A stretch of 64,000 bases of DNA from Candidatus Onthovivens merdipullorum (GTDB lineage: Bacteria > Bacillota_I > Bacilli_A > RFN20 > CAG-826). Location of the stretch: positions 17,865-81,864 of the forward strand of contig JADIMY010000117.1 in assembly GCA_017694345.1 (NCBI GenBank), written 5' to 3'. This document shows positions 1 through 9,735 of this stretch, piece after piece. The position numbers and the translations under genes were made by a program. Under the pieces are notes generated by a model. That model was not told the origin of the DNA. It made no database searches and saw only the letters and a list, made by a program, of their open reading frames with translations. Every line of letters starts with the position of its first letter. Position 1 is the stretch's first letter.

Positions 1-257
1 ATTCCTGCTCGTATTCCTTTTACTTTATTTGCAGCAATTGAAACCCCTTCTCCACTATTACATATAATTACACCAAATTCACTTTCTTTACTTGCAACAC
101 TTTTAGCAACTTTTAAAGCAAATTCAGCGTAGTTTGCTCTTTCTATTGAAAAGCAGCCTTCATCAATAACTTCAAATCCTTTTGCTTTTAAAAATTTAAT
201 TATTTCTTCTTTATATAAAAAGCCACCATGATCGGAACCAATTGCTATCTTAATCAT
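1..257 (-). CDS. rpiB: ribose-5-phosphate isomerase B, N-terminal part only (gene continues beyond window start)
   Basis: The reverse-strand translation MIKIAIGSDHGGFLYKEEIIKFLKAKGFEVIDEGC... is a typical RpiB/LacAB N-terminus. The ATG at 257-255 overlaps the TGA stop of the next gene by 4 nt. GGAGG lies 8 nt upstream. Confidence 0.8.
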   Translation of the reverse strand, partial: MIKIAIGSDHGGFLYKEEIIKFLKAKGFEVIDEGCFSIERANYAEFALKVAKSVASKESEFGVIICNSGEGVSIAANKVKGIRAG

Positions 258-871
258 CTTATTTCCTCCATAATTTCTTTTAAAGTAATTTTGCCTTCTC
301 GAAGAACGCTAATTTTATCTCCATCAATTTTAATAACCGTAGAAGGTATATTTTCAATACTTTCTCCTTTAACTACTAAATCTACTTTATCATTAAAATA
401 ATTAATAACTTCTAAATGATTTTTTGCTGGAACTAAATTACTTGGGTTAGCGCTAGGAACAAATAAAGGATAATTAACTAAATCAATCATCTTTAAAACA
501 AAAGTATCTTTAGGTATTCTAATTCCAATAAATCCACTATTTAAATCAAGATAAGATGGTATATTTTCTTTTGCTTTTAAAATAATAGTAAGTGGACCTG
601 GTGTAAATTTAGTTATTACTTTAGTAGCTACTTCATTTATATAAACTATATCTTTTACTTGATTAATGTTAGAAATCATTAAAGTAAATGGCTTATTTGG
701 TGTCCTATTTTTAACTTTAACAAGTTTATTATAGTTATCTAAAGAACTAGCTTTAATTCCTAAACCATAAACAGTTTCAGTAGGAAAAGCAACTAGTCCA
801 TTATTATTTAAAACATTAACTATTTCACTTAAATCGTTTTTATCTACTACTTTCATTATACCCACCAGCAA
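254..871 (-). CDS. tsaC: L-threonylcarbamoyladenylate synthase, short YrdC/YwlC type
   Basis: The 205-aa ORF carries the YrdC-like signature ...AFPTETVYGLG... and sits in the conserved prfA-prmC-ywlC-rpiB arrangement. Confidence 0.8.
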   Translation of the reverse strand: MLVGIMKVVDKNDLSEIVNVLNNNGLVAFPTETVYGLGIKASSLDNYNKLVKVKNRTPNKPFTLMISNINQVKDIVYINEVATKVITKFTPGPLTIILKAKENIPSYLDLNSGFIGIRIPKDTFVLKMIDLVNYPLFVPSANPSNLVPAKNHLEVINYFNDKVDLVVKGESIENIPSTVIKIDGDKISVLREGKITLKEIMEEIR

Positions 872-1715
872 TTATTAAATATCTAGTACGATCAAAGTCA
901 TCTTTATAGAATTTATAGGTTATTTCGTTAGTATTAAAATAATTTTTAATTAAAAATGTAAGTTTTTCTTCTTGGTCATAATTAATTTCAAAAGCCATGA
1001 CAAACCTTTTATTCATTACTTCCTTATAATGCTTAAAATATGATTCATAAAATCTAGTACCGTTTTCTAAATAAATGGCATTAAGTGGTTCAAATTTTTT
1101 AACATTTTCTTCAATATCTTCCATTTTTTCTACATAAGGAGGATTAGATATTAAGATATCTAATTTAATAGATCTAGAGATAAAAGGCTCTAATCGACTT
1201 CCTTCTAAAGTAATTATATTCATGTGATATTTATTAAAATTTGAAATAGCGACATCTAAAACATCTTTATATTTATCGCTAGCATAAACTTCACTGTTAG
1301 GAAATTTCTTTTTTAAATATAAGGCAATACAACCTGAACCTGTACATACATCAGCAATAATTTTATGGTTATATTTATTTTTATTTATTTCATCAATCAA
1401 TAATTTTACAAGACCTTCAGTTTCAGGACGAGGAATTAAAACATTACGATTTACATTAATATCTAAATCAAAAAATGGAGCTTCTCCGACAACATATTGA
1501 ATTGGTTCTCCATCCTTAATTCTTTGAATATTTCTGAAAAAATAATCAGGATTTGCAAGGTTTTCATCAAAATTCTTAATTAATTCAGTAAAATTTGTGT
1601 AAGAATTTGCTTTTATTAAAAGTAAATAAATTTCACTATCATAAAATTCAATATTTTTAAATTGAGATAAAAATTTTTTTGCTTTTAAAAAAGATTCACG
1701 ATTAGATTGTTCCAT
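840..1715 (-). CDS. prmC: release factor glutamine N5-methyltransferase PrmC/HemK
   Basis: The 291-aa ORF has the NPPY motif (ISNPPYV) and a SAM-binding motif (DVCTGSG). It lies immediately downstream of prfA. Confidence 0.85.
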   Translation of the reverse strand: MEQSNRESFLKAKKFLSQFKNIEFYDSEIYLLLIKANSYTNFTELIKNFDENLANPDYFFRNIQRIKDGEPIQYVVGEAPFFDLDINVNRNVLIPRPETEGLVKLLIDEINKNKYNHKIIADVCTGSGCIALYLKKKFPNSEVYASDKYKDVLDVAISNFNKYHMNIITLEGSRLEPFISRSIKLDILISNPPYVEKMEDIEENVKKFEPLNAIYLENGTRFYESYFKHYKEVMNKRFVMAFEINYDQEEKLTFLIKNYFNTNEITYKFYKDDFDRTRYLIIAGGYNESSR

Positions 1716-2787
1716 TTGAATTACCTGCTATTTTTTGTTCTTGGTCGTAATTAATTAAAGCATCAATAATAGAATCTAAGTCCCCTTCCATGACTCTATC
1801 GAGTTGTTGAATAGTGTATCCAATACGGTGATCAGTTACCCTATTTTGTGGGTAATTATAGGTTCTAATTTTTTCATTACGATCACCAGTACCTACTTTA
1901 CTACGATATTTAGCTTCTGTTTCATTTTTCTTTTCAATTTCAAGTTGAGCTAATTTACTAGCTAACATTTGCATACAAATCTCATGATTTTGAATTTGTG
2001 ATTTTTCAGTTTGACAACTTACAACAATTCCTGTAGGAATATGCGTAATTCTAACAGCAGACTCAGTTTTATTAACATTTTGTCCTCCAGCGCCTTGAGA
2101 TCTATAACGGTCAACTCTTAAATCAGCTGGGTCGATATGAACTTCATTTGTTTCAACTTCAGGCATAACAACTACTGTTGCTGTTGAAGTATGTATTCGA
2201 CCATTTGCTTCTGTTTTTGGAACTCTTTGAACTCTATGAACTCCACTTTCATATTTGAGTCTAGAATAAGCATTACTTCCACTTACAATAAATTGAATAT
2301 AGGAATAACCACCGACTCCACAAGGAGATTCATCTATCACTTTGAGTTTAAAATTTTTCTTTTCACAATATTTAAAGTACATTCTAAATAAATCACCAGC
2401 AAAAATATTAGCTTCGTCTCCACCGACTGCACCTTTTATTTCGAAAATGATGTTTTTACCATCATTAGGATCTTGAGGAATTAACAAAACTTTAATTTCA
2501 TTTTCTATCTTTTCCATTAAAGCACTATTAGCTTTAAATTCTTCTTTTCCCATTTGAGCTATATCTTCATCTTGATCACTTGACATAATTAAGGCATCAT
2601 CTTTATTTTTCTCTGCTACTTTATACTCTTTAAACTTATCAACAATTGGTTCTAAAAAGGACCTTTCTTTTGATAAAGATTTAAATTTATTCAAGTCACT
2701 AGTTATTTCACTACTTGCCAACATTTCATCGATTTCGTTTAATCTTTTTTCACTAGTAACTAGTCTATCTAACATATTTTTATCCAT
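1702..2787 (-). CDS. prfA: peptide chain release factor 1
   Basis: The 361-aa ORF has the GGQ motif (RSQGAGGQNVNKTESAVRITH) and is RF1-like over its full length. Confidence 0.95.
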   Translation of the reverse strand: MDKNMLDRLVTSEKRLNEIDEMLASSEITSDLNKFKSLSKERSFLEPIVDKFKEYKVAEKNKDDALIMSSDQDEDIAQMGKEEFKANSALMEKIENEIKVLLIPQDPNDGKNIIFEIKGAVGGDEANIFAGDLFRMYFKYCEKKNFKLKVIDESPCGVGGYSYIQFIVSGSNAYSRLKYESGVHRVQRVPKTEANGRIHTSTATVVVMPEVETNEVHIDPADLRVDRYRSQGAGGQNVNKTESAVRITHIPTGIVVSCQTEKSQIQNHEICMQMLASKLAQLEIEKKNETEAKYRSKVGTGDRNEKIRTYNYPQNRVTDHRIGYTIQQLDRVMEGDLDSIIDALINYDQEQKIAGNSNGTI

Positions 2788-2923
2788 AACTAACCTCGAT
2801 TAGTAAGTATAACAAAATCTATATTTAAATTAAATAATAGTAAATTTTTTATGAATTAATACCTCACAATTTCTATAACTATATTTAGATTTAAAAATCG
2901 TTTTATTGTATAATTTTAAAGGT

Positions 2924-4771
2924 ATGACATATCAAGCACTTTATAGAAAATATAGATCAAAAACTTTTGATGAAATAGTTGGTCAAGAAGCAATTATTAA
3001 AACATTAAAAAATGCTTTAAAACAAAATAAAATTGCTCACGCTTATTTATTTAGCGGACCTAGAGGAACAGGAAAAACTTCTATTGCTAGACTTTTAGCT
3101 AAAGCCCTTAATTGTGAAAAGGGAATTGGTTATCAATGTAACGAATGTGAAAACTGTAAAGCAATAAATACAGGTTCTCATCCTGATGTTATAGAAATCG
3201 ATGCTGCAAGTAATAATAGTGTTGATGATGCTAGAAGTTTAATTGAAAAAGTAAAATATTCCCCAATTTTAGGTCGTTATAAAGTTTATATCATCGATGA
3301 AGTTCATATGATGTCTAGTAGTGCATTTAATGCTTTACTTAAAACACTTGAGGAACCTCCTAGCTATGTAGTATTTATTTTATGTACTACCGAGCCTCAT
3401 AAAGTTTTACCAACCATTGTCTCTAGGTGTCAAAGATATGAATTTAAAAAAATTGATGACAAAGATTTAGTAAAACTAATTCAATCAGTTTTACTAAAAG
3501 AAAATGTTAAAGCTAGTGATGAAGCAATTAATTTAATCGTCGAATTAGCTAATGGTGGTGCTAGAGATGCTTTAAGTTTACTTGATCAAATTATTGCTTA
3601 TTCATCTAATCAAATTGAAGTTAAAGATATTGAAGATATATTTGGTTTAACTTCAATGAGTGAAAAAATAACATTAATTAAATTTATCTCTAAAGGTGAC
3701 ACTTTAAATGTTTTAAATAAATTAAATCAGTTTATTTCTAGAAACATTGATATCGATAAATTAGTAAATGAATTACTTCTCATATTTAAAGATGTTTTAA
3801 TTTATCAACAAACCGAATCTTTAGATTTATTATCTTTATTAAATGAGATTAATGTTAAAGATTTAAATAAAATATTTACTAGTGAAGAACTTAATTCTTT
3901 AATTTCTTTATTTATGGAATGTCAAAAAGAATTTAAGATTACAAATAATCCTTCATTTACTTTTGAAGTTTATTTATTAAAAGCTATTGAGATTTTTAAA
4001 GATATCAACCAATTAGATTTAAAAGTTACTAAACCTAAAAATGTTGAACCAGTTTCAACACAAACTACTAAGGAAAATATCATTAGTGAACCTGAAAAAG
4101 AATCTATTGAATTGAAAAATAAACCAATAATAGAAGAAACTAAAGCTGAAAATACTACTAATAATCTGCTAAAAGATAACTTGATAGATACTAACGCTAC
4201 TCAAGCCAATGAAGAATTAAAAGATATTGATATTTTTGATCCTAATAAAGAACTTGGGATTGAAGAAACGGAAACTCCAAAAACTGTCCAAAATACTCAA
4301 AAAGTGTCTAAAACTCAATTTAATTTACCAAAATTAGTAACTACTGGAGAAAAATATGTCATTGATGAAAATAATCTTATAAATATATTAGTCACTGCTG
4401 ATAAAAATGCTAGAAAAGATTTATCAAGTTCTTGGAATAAAATTGAACTTTATACAGATGATTCAGGTTCAATGGAAATTGCTAGACTATTAAGTGACTG
4501 CACTATCTTTGCTAAAAGTGATAAATACACAATTTTAGTTTGTGACTATGAAAAAGAAGAAACAACATTAAATAATGTCGAAAATCAAGATTCTATATCT
4601 AAATTTATCGCTACAATATCTAATACTAAAAAGTCATTTATTTATACTTTAGATAGAAAAAAGTATATTTCATTAAGGACAAAATATTTAAATCTTAATC
4701 AATTAGGAAAATTACCTAATAAAGACGATATAACAAAAATTGAAATAAATAAGGAGGAAATATCACAATGA
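2924..4771 (+). CDS. dnaX: DNA polymerase III subunit tau/gamma
   Basis: It has a Walker A (GPRGTGKTS), DEVH motif, zinc module (CNECENC) and SRC motif. I prefer the ATG at 2924 (MTYQALYRKYR, AAAGG 5 nt upstream) over the track's TTG at 2906. Confidence 0.9.
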   Translation: MTYQALYRKYRSKTFDEIVGQEAIIKTLKNALKQNKIAHAYLFSGPRGTGKTSIARLLAKALNCEKGIGYQCNECENCKAINTGSHPDVIEIDAASNNSVDDARSLIEKVKYSPILGRYKVYIIDEVHMMSSSAFNALLKTLEEPPSYVVFILCTTEPHKVLPTIVSRCQRYEFKKIDDKDLVKLIQSVLLKENVKASDEAINLIVELANGGARDALSLLDQIIAYSSNQIEVKDIEDIFGLTSMSEKITLIKFISKGDTLNVLNKLNQFISRNIDIDKLVNELLLIFKDVLIYQQTESLDLLSLLNEINVKDLNKIFTSEELNSLISLFMECQKEFKITNNPSFTFEVYLLKAIEIFKDINQLDLKVTKPKNVEPVSTQTTKENIISEPEKESIELKNKPIIEETKAENTTNNLLKDNLIDTNATQANEELKDIDIFDPNKELGIEETETPKTVQNTQKVSKTQFNLPKLVTTGEKYVIDENNLINILVTADKNARKDLSSSWNKIELYTDDSGSMEIARLLSDCTIFAKSDKYTILVCDYEKEETTLNNVENQDSISKFIATISNTKKSFIYTLDRKKYISLRTKYLNLNQLGKLPNKDDITKIEINKEEISQ

Positions 4772-5076
4772 ATATTCAACAAATGATTCAATCTGCTCAA
4801 AAAATACAAAGAGAATATGAAAAAGAACATAAAAAACTTGAAGAAAAAGAATTTACTTATACTGCTAATGATGCAATTAAATTAACATTAAAAGGTGATA
4901 TGTCTTTTGTTAGTTTAGAATTTTTAGATAAAGACATTTTAGAAAAAGATAACGCCGAAATGATTAGCGATATGGTTGAAATTGCCTATACACATATTAG
5001 AGATGAGATTTTAAGCGAAGAAGACAAAATATCATCTAAATTCTCAAAAGGTATGCCTGGAGGATTTGGATTTTAA
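4768..5076 (+). CDS. ybaB: YbaB/EbfC nucleoid-associated protein
   Basis: The 102-aa ORF sits in the conserved dnaX-ybaB-recR order and has the typical PGGFGF C-terminus. Confidence 0.8.
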   Translation: MNIQQMIQSAQKIQREYEKEHKKLEEKEFTYTANDAIKLTLKGDMSFVSLEFLDKDILEKDNAEMISDMVEIAYTHIRDEILSEEDKISSKFSKGMPGGFGF

Positions 5077-5687
5077 TGGATGAATTAAAATCTATTGTAA
5101 ATTTAACCCTTGCTTTTAGTAAATTCCCTTCAATTGGCAACAAAACTGCCGAAAGAATGGCTTACGCTCTTTTAGATATGAAAAAAGAAGATATTGATAA
5201 TTTAGTTAAATCAATAGAGACTGTTGAAACTACAATTCATACTTGTCCTATTTGTGGCTCTTTAACCGAAAAAGAAACTTGTTCAATATGTTCTAATCCA
5301 AATAGAGATCACTCGATTTGTGTAGTCGTGAGCTATCCAAAAGATGTAATAACTTTTGAAAAAATGGGAGAATTTAAAGGAATTTATCATGTTTTAGGAG
5401 GCGAAATCTCAAGTTACCATGGAGTTACTCCTAAAGATTTATCAATTGATAAATTAGTTGAGCGAATAAAAAAAGATTCTATTAAAGAAATTGTTATCGC
5501 TACTAATCCAAGTGTTGAAGGTCAAACGACAGCTTTATATTTGACTGAGACTTTAAAAGATTTAAATATAAAAATCTCAAGAATCGGCTTTGGTATTCCT
5601 ATTGGTGGACAACTAGATTATGCGGATAGTTTGACTTTAAAAAGATCTTTTGAAAATCGTAAAGAAATTAAAGAGGATAAAGAATAA
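5076..5687 (+). CDS. recR: recombination protein RecR
   Basis: It has the C4 zinc finger (CPICGSLTEKETCSIC) and a Toprim domain and is 203 aa. Confidence 0.95.
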   Translation: MDELKSIVNLTLAFSKFPSIGNKTAERMAYALLDMKKEDIDNLVKSIETVETTIHTCPICGSLTEKETCSICSNPNRDHSICVVVSYPKDVITFEKMGEFKGIYHVLGGEISSYHGVTPKDLSIDKLVERIKKDSIKEIVIATNPSVEGQTTALYLTETLKDLNIKISRIGFGIPIGGQLDYADSLTLKRSFENRKEIKEDKE

Positions 5688-6313
5688 TGTTTATAAGTGC
5701 TGAAGGTGTTGAAGGTTGTGGAAAAACAACCATATTAAAAATGATTTATGAAAAACTTCTTAAAGAAGGTTATAAAGTTTTATTAGCTAGAGAACCTGGT
5801 GGAGTAAAAATTAGTGAACAAATTAGAAATATTATATTAAATAAAGAAAATACCGATTTAGATAATCGTAGCGAAGCACTTCTATTTGCAGCCAGTCGTA
5901 GACAATTGCTCGTAGAAAAAATATATCCTGCTTTAAATAATGGTTATATTGTTTTATGCGATCGTTTTGTTGATAGTTCTTTAGCTTATCAAGGTGGTGG
6001 TAAAGGCTTAGGGGTTGAAAATGTCTTAAATATTAATTTATTCGCTACTAATAACACATTACCAAATTTAACATTATTATTTGATATTGATCCTTCTTTA
6101 GGACTGGAAAGAATTAGGGAAAATAAAAATCGAGAAGTTAATAGACTAGATTTAGAAAGACTTGATTTTTATAATAAGGTAAGAAATACTTTTTTAGATT
6201 TATCTAAAAAATATAGTAATCGCTATTATGTTTTAGATGCTTCTAAATCAATTGATGAAGTATTCAATGAAGCATATAAAAAAGTAATTGAAGTAATTAA
6301 TGGAAATAATTGA
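5687..6313 (+). CDS. tmk: thymidylate kinase
   Basis: It has the P-loop EGVEGCGKTT, a DRF motif and the LID region and is 208 aa. Confidence 0.9.
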   Translation: MFISAEGVEGCGKTTILKMIYEKLLKEGYKVLLAREPGGVKISEQIRNIILNKENTDLDNRSEALLFAASRRQLLVEKIYPALNNGYIVLCDRFVDSSLAYQGGGKGLGVENVLNINLFATNNTLPNLTLLFDIDPSLGLERIRENKNREVNRLDLERLDFYNKVRNTFLDLSKKYSNRYYVLDASKSIDEVFNEAYKKVIEVINGNN

Positions 6314-7280
6314 ATATTTAGAAAAAAACCAGCAAATCCCATATAAAATTTTTGAAAATGCCTTATTAGGGCATAAATTTTTTCACGCTTATTTACTTAG
6401 TGGAAGTCAAGGAACACCTTTACTTGATATTGCTAAATTTTTGGCTAAATCAATGCTATGTGAAAATGCTCATCCTTTTGCTTGTAACACTTGTAACACT
6501 TGTAAAAGAATAGAAGAAAATATTTATGGTGATTTAATATTAATTGATGGAAAAAAAGGTAGTATCTTAAAAGATGAGATCTCTACTTTAATCGATTCTT
6601 TTTCTTTAACAGCTAGCGAGAAAAAAGGAATTAAAATTTATATCATAAATATAGTAGAAAACATGAATGTTGAAGCAACTAATGCATTACTTAAATTTTT
6701 AGAAGAACCACCTTTAGATACTTATGCAATTCTTACTACTTTTAATAAATATCGAATACTACCAACAATCTTAAGTAGATGTGAAATAATTAATTTTTCA
6801 TTGCTAAACCAAAAATATTTAATTGATGAATCACTTAAGCTTGGCGTAGCGATTGATGATTGTGAACTTCTATCTTTCTTTTATAACGATCCATCATATA
6901 TATTAAAAATAAGTCAAGACGAAGATTATCTAATATCTAAAAATGATATTTTAGAATTATTTAAAAATATCGAAAATAAAGAAAATTTGAGATTTTTTAT
7001 TGAACATAACTTACTTCCTAAACTAAAAGGAAAGGAAACAATTCGATATTTTTATGATAATACCATCGTCTTTTTTAAAGAAGCTTTAAAATATAAATCT
7101 AATAAAACAACTATTTTAAATAGTTATGTTAATATATTAAAAGAAATAATTAATAATGTATCAAATTTAGATAGATCGATATTAATATTAATTAATTCTC
7201 GTAATGAATTAAACTTTAACTTAAATACTTCATTACTAATATTAGAAAGTTTACTCGAAACTTTTGAGGTACATAAATGA
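6300..7280 (+). CDS. holB: DNA polymerase III delta-prime subunit
   Basis: It has a DnaX-like AAA+ fold with a degenerate P-loop (HAYLLSGSQGT) and a zinc module (CNTCNTC). It follows tmk as in Bacillus. Confidence 0.75.
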   Translation: MEIIEYLEKNQQIPYKIFENALLGHKFFHAYLLSGSQGTPLLDIAKFLAKSMLCENAHPFACNTCNTCKRIEENIYGDLILIDGKKGSILKDEISTLIDSFSLTASEKKGIKIYIINIVENMNVEATNALLKFLEEPPLDTYAILTTFNKYRILPTILSRCEIINFSLLNQKYLIDESLKLGVAIDDCELLSFFYNDPSYILKISQDEDYLISKNDILELFKNIENKENLRFFIEHNLLPKLKGKETIRYFYDNTIVFFKEALKYKSNKTTILNSYVNILKEIINNVSNLDRSILILINSRNELNFNLNTSLLILESLLETFEVHK

Positions 7281-8116
7281 ACGACTATTATGTAAGTGTA
7301 AAATTTGAAAACAATCCTAAATCTTATTACTTTTCATGTGATAATCCTTCTTTTAAAGTAGGTGATAACATCATTGTTGAAACTAGCATTGGAAAAGAAA
7401 TAGGAACAATTACTAAATCACCTGCTCCTATATCTAATTTAAAGTTTGATTTAGAACTTAAGCCAATTTTAAGAAAAGCATTAAAAAGTGACTTGAAAAT
7501 TAAAGAAGATAATAAAAAATTAGCATTAGAAGCTAAAGATTTATTTATTAAAGAATCTACTAAATTAAAATTAAATATGCGTTTTATTGACGCTCAATAT
7601 ACCTTAGATAGAACAAAAATTTTATTTACTTATGCAAGTGATGAAAGAGTAGATTTTAGAGAACTACTTAAGATATTAGCTTCTAATTTACATTGTAGAA
7701 TTGAATTAAAACAAATTAATTCAAGAGAAAGAGCTCAGTTAATTGGGGGAATAGGTACTTGCGGATTACCAATCTGCTGCACATTTTTCCAAACTACGGA
7801 AGGTATTTCTTTATCAAGAGCTAAAAATCAAATGTTAGCAATTAATATACCAAAATTAAGTGGCCAATGTGGAAAATTGATGTGTTGCCTTAAATACGAA
7901 GATGAACAATATACTGAATTAAAAAGGAAATTTCCTTCTATAAATTCTACCGTAACTTATGAAAAAGAAAATTATAAGGTTTTAGGTTTTAATGTCTTTT
8001 CAAAAATTCTAAAAATACAAAAAGATGATGATATTGAATTTGTTAATCTTAAAGACATTAGATATAACCCTAAGAAAGATTTAAATAAAAATGCAAAACA
8101 AACAAGTAAAGAATAA
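7277..8116 (+). CDS. yaaT: PSP1-domain protein YaaT/RicT
   Basis: The 279-aa ORF has a PSP1 C-terminal domain with the conserved Cys cluster (GTCGLPICC...CGKLMCC). It sits after holB as in B. subtilis. Confidence 0.75.
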   Translation: MNDYYVSVKFENNPKSYYFSCDNPSFKVGDNIIVETSIGKEIGTITKSPAPISNLKFDLELKPILRKALKSDLKIKEDNKKLALEAKDLFIKESTKLKLNMRFIDAQYTLDRTKILFTYASDERVDFRELLKILASNLHCRIELKQINSRERAQLIGGIGTCGLPICCTFFQTTEGISLSRAKNQMLAINIPKLSGQCGKLMCCLKYEDEQYTELKRKFPSINSTVTYEKENYKVLGFNVFSKILKIQKDDDIEFVNLKDIRYNPKKDLNKNAKQTSKE

Positions 8117-8921
8117 AGGAGTATTATACTTAGTTCCTACTCCAATTGGTAATATTAAAGATATAAGTGAAAGAGCTAAAGAAGTTTTTAGCTCAGTGAG
8201 TTATATTGCTTGTGAAGACACAAGAGTAACTTCAAAACTACTAAGTTTACTTAATATAAAAAATAAAACTTTTTCTTGTCATGAACATAACGAAATTGAA
8301 GCGAGTAATAAAATAATAAAAGATTTACTAGATGGTTTAGATGTTGCTTATTCTAGTGATGCAGGAATGCCATGTATTAGTGATCCAGGCGAAAAACTTG
8401 TAAAAGCCTGTATAAAAAATGGCATTAATGTTGTTCCTTTACCTGGTTCAAACGCTGCTCTAACGGCTTTAATTGCTAGTGGATTTAACACTTCACACTT
8501 CTATTTTTATGGCTTCTTAGATTCCAAAAATAGTAAAAAAAGTGAAGAATTGCATGGTTTAATAAAAATTAAAGACCCAATTGTTTTCTATGAATCACCA
8601 TTAAGAGTCAATGAAACCCTTAAAGAAATATATAGTGTTTTTGGAAATAGAAAAATTGTTATAGTTAGAGAACTTACTAAAATTTATGAAGAATTCATCC
8701 GAAGTGATTTAGAAGCTTTAATTAAGGAAAATAGAGTTTATAAAGGTGAAATTGTTTTAATTATTGAAGGTAATAATAAGGAAGAAAAAATAAATATAGA
8801 AGAAAAATTTGAAAAATTAAAAGCTAATAATTTTTCAAATAAAGATATAACGATTATTTTAAGTACTTTATATAAAATTAGTAAAAACGAAATTAAAAAA
8901 TATCTACTAGAAAATAACTAA
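8091..8921 (+). CDS. rsmI: 16S rRNA (cytidine1402-2'-O)-methyltransferase
   Basis: It has the tetrapyrrole-methylase-like fold (LYLVPTPIGN...) and the SDAGMPCISDPG motif. The start may lie a little downstream of the track's ATG, which overlaps yaaT by 26 nt. Confidence 0.85.
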   Translation: MQNKQVKNKGVLYLVPTPIGNIKDISERAKEVFSSVSYIACEDTRVTSKLLSLLNIKNKTFSCHEHNEIEASNKIIKDLLDGLDVAYSSDAGMPCISDPGEKLVKACIKNGINVVPLPGSNAALTALIASGFNTSHFYFYGFLDSKNSKKSEELHGLIKIKDPIVFYESPLRVNETLKEIYSVFGNRKIVIVRELTKIYEEFIRSDLEALIKENRVYKGEIVLIIEGNNKEEKINIEEKFEKLKANNFSNKDITIILSTLYKISKNEIKKYLLENN

Positions 8922-8925
8922 TTAA

Positions 8926-9282
8926 CTACTTGTCTTCTCCTTCATCTTCTTCTTTTATAGTTACTGGCGATAAACCATAAACTTTTTCAAGCGGTTGACT
9001 AAAAACAATGCCTTGTCCAGGAGTCTCTAATCCTGCAGCTTTATAAATAGAATTCATTACTTTTTCACATATTTCGTTATTAACAATAATTAAAACTATT
9101 TCTTTTTCGTTTTGAATAGGAACACCATAAAATTTTTCTAAATCAATATTCCCTGTCCCTCTAGCGTGGAGCGTCGTTCCACCTCTTGCTCCTGCATTTC
9201 TTGCTCCTTCCATTACTAAGTCAGTATTACCATTATTTACAATAGCTATAATTAAACTATATTTAATTTCTTCGTTTTCCAT
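8926..9282 (-). CDS. PII-like signal-transduction protein (DarA/DUF970-like)
   Basis: The 118-aa ORF has two PII-like beta-alpha-beta halves (IIAIVNNGN...ARGGTTLHARGTG; GQGIVFSQPLEKV) resembling the c-di-AMP receptor DarA/GlnB fold. Confidence 0.55.
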   Translation of the reverse strand: MENEEIKYSLIIAIVNNGNTDLVMEGARNAGARGGTTLHARGTGNIDLEKFYGVPIQNEKEIVLIIVNNEICEKVMNSIYKAAGLETPGQGIVFSQPLEKVYGLSPVTIKEEDEGEDK

Positions 9283-9285
9283 TAT

Positions 9286-9726
9286 CTATTTCTCCTTTTT
9301 AATATTGATCTTAGTATCAGTTAAAAATCTATACATTAAGACACTAGCAATCGAATTAAGTTTAGAAGTGAAAACTACTCCATTAGCATTTCTAGAAATC
9401 TTAAATCGATCTTCACAAACTTTAAATATAGGTTCAACAATATCTTCTTTAACTAAAGCAAAAACAATATCTTTTTTAGCTTCTCCTATTCCTAATAATT
9501 CATAAATTTCTACACTAGCAGTTCCATTTCCATTAACTAAAAAAGCAGTAGAAACATTAAAAGTATTTATTAAAGTTTTGATATAAAAATCTCCTTGTCC
9601 TTTATTTACAATAATACATAAAAGTTTTAAAGGAGTTACCTTATATTCATTATCATAAGGCGTAGTTTTTATATTTTTTTCTTTTGTTTTTGCTATTTTT
9701 TGTTCATTTATTTTCTTTTTAAACAT
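9286..9726 (-). CDS. PII-like signal-transduction protein (DarA-like), second copy
   Basis: The 146-aa ORF follows the DarA pattern (KLLCIIVNKGQGDFYIKTLINTFNVSTAFLVNGNGTAS). It lies 4 nt from the other PII-like gene. Confidence 0.5.
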   Translation of the reverse strand: MFKKKINEQKIAKTKEKNIKTTPYDNEYKVTPLKLLCIIVNKGQGDFYIKTLINTFNVSTAFLVNGNGTASVEIYELLGIGEAKKDIVFALVKEDIVEPIFKVCEDRFKISRNANGVVFTSKLNSIASVLMYRFLTDTKINIKKEK

Positions 9727-9735
9727 AATAAATAC

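Noticed and set aside
2191-2391. Short ORFs antisense to or inside larger genes (2191..2391, 9305..9505, 21463..21660, 21875..22057, 31496..31777, 34824..35009, 36504..36758, 41968..42186, 49964..50182, 56101..56454, 62260..62493, 62403..62588).
   Set aside because: Each lies entirely within a well-supported longer gene on the other strand or frame. They have low-complexity AT-rich composition and no RBS, so they are spurious.
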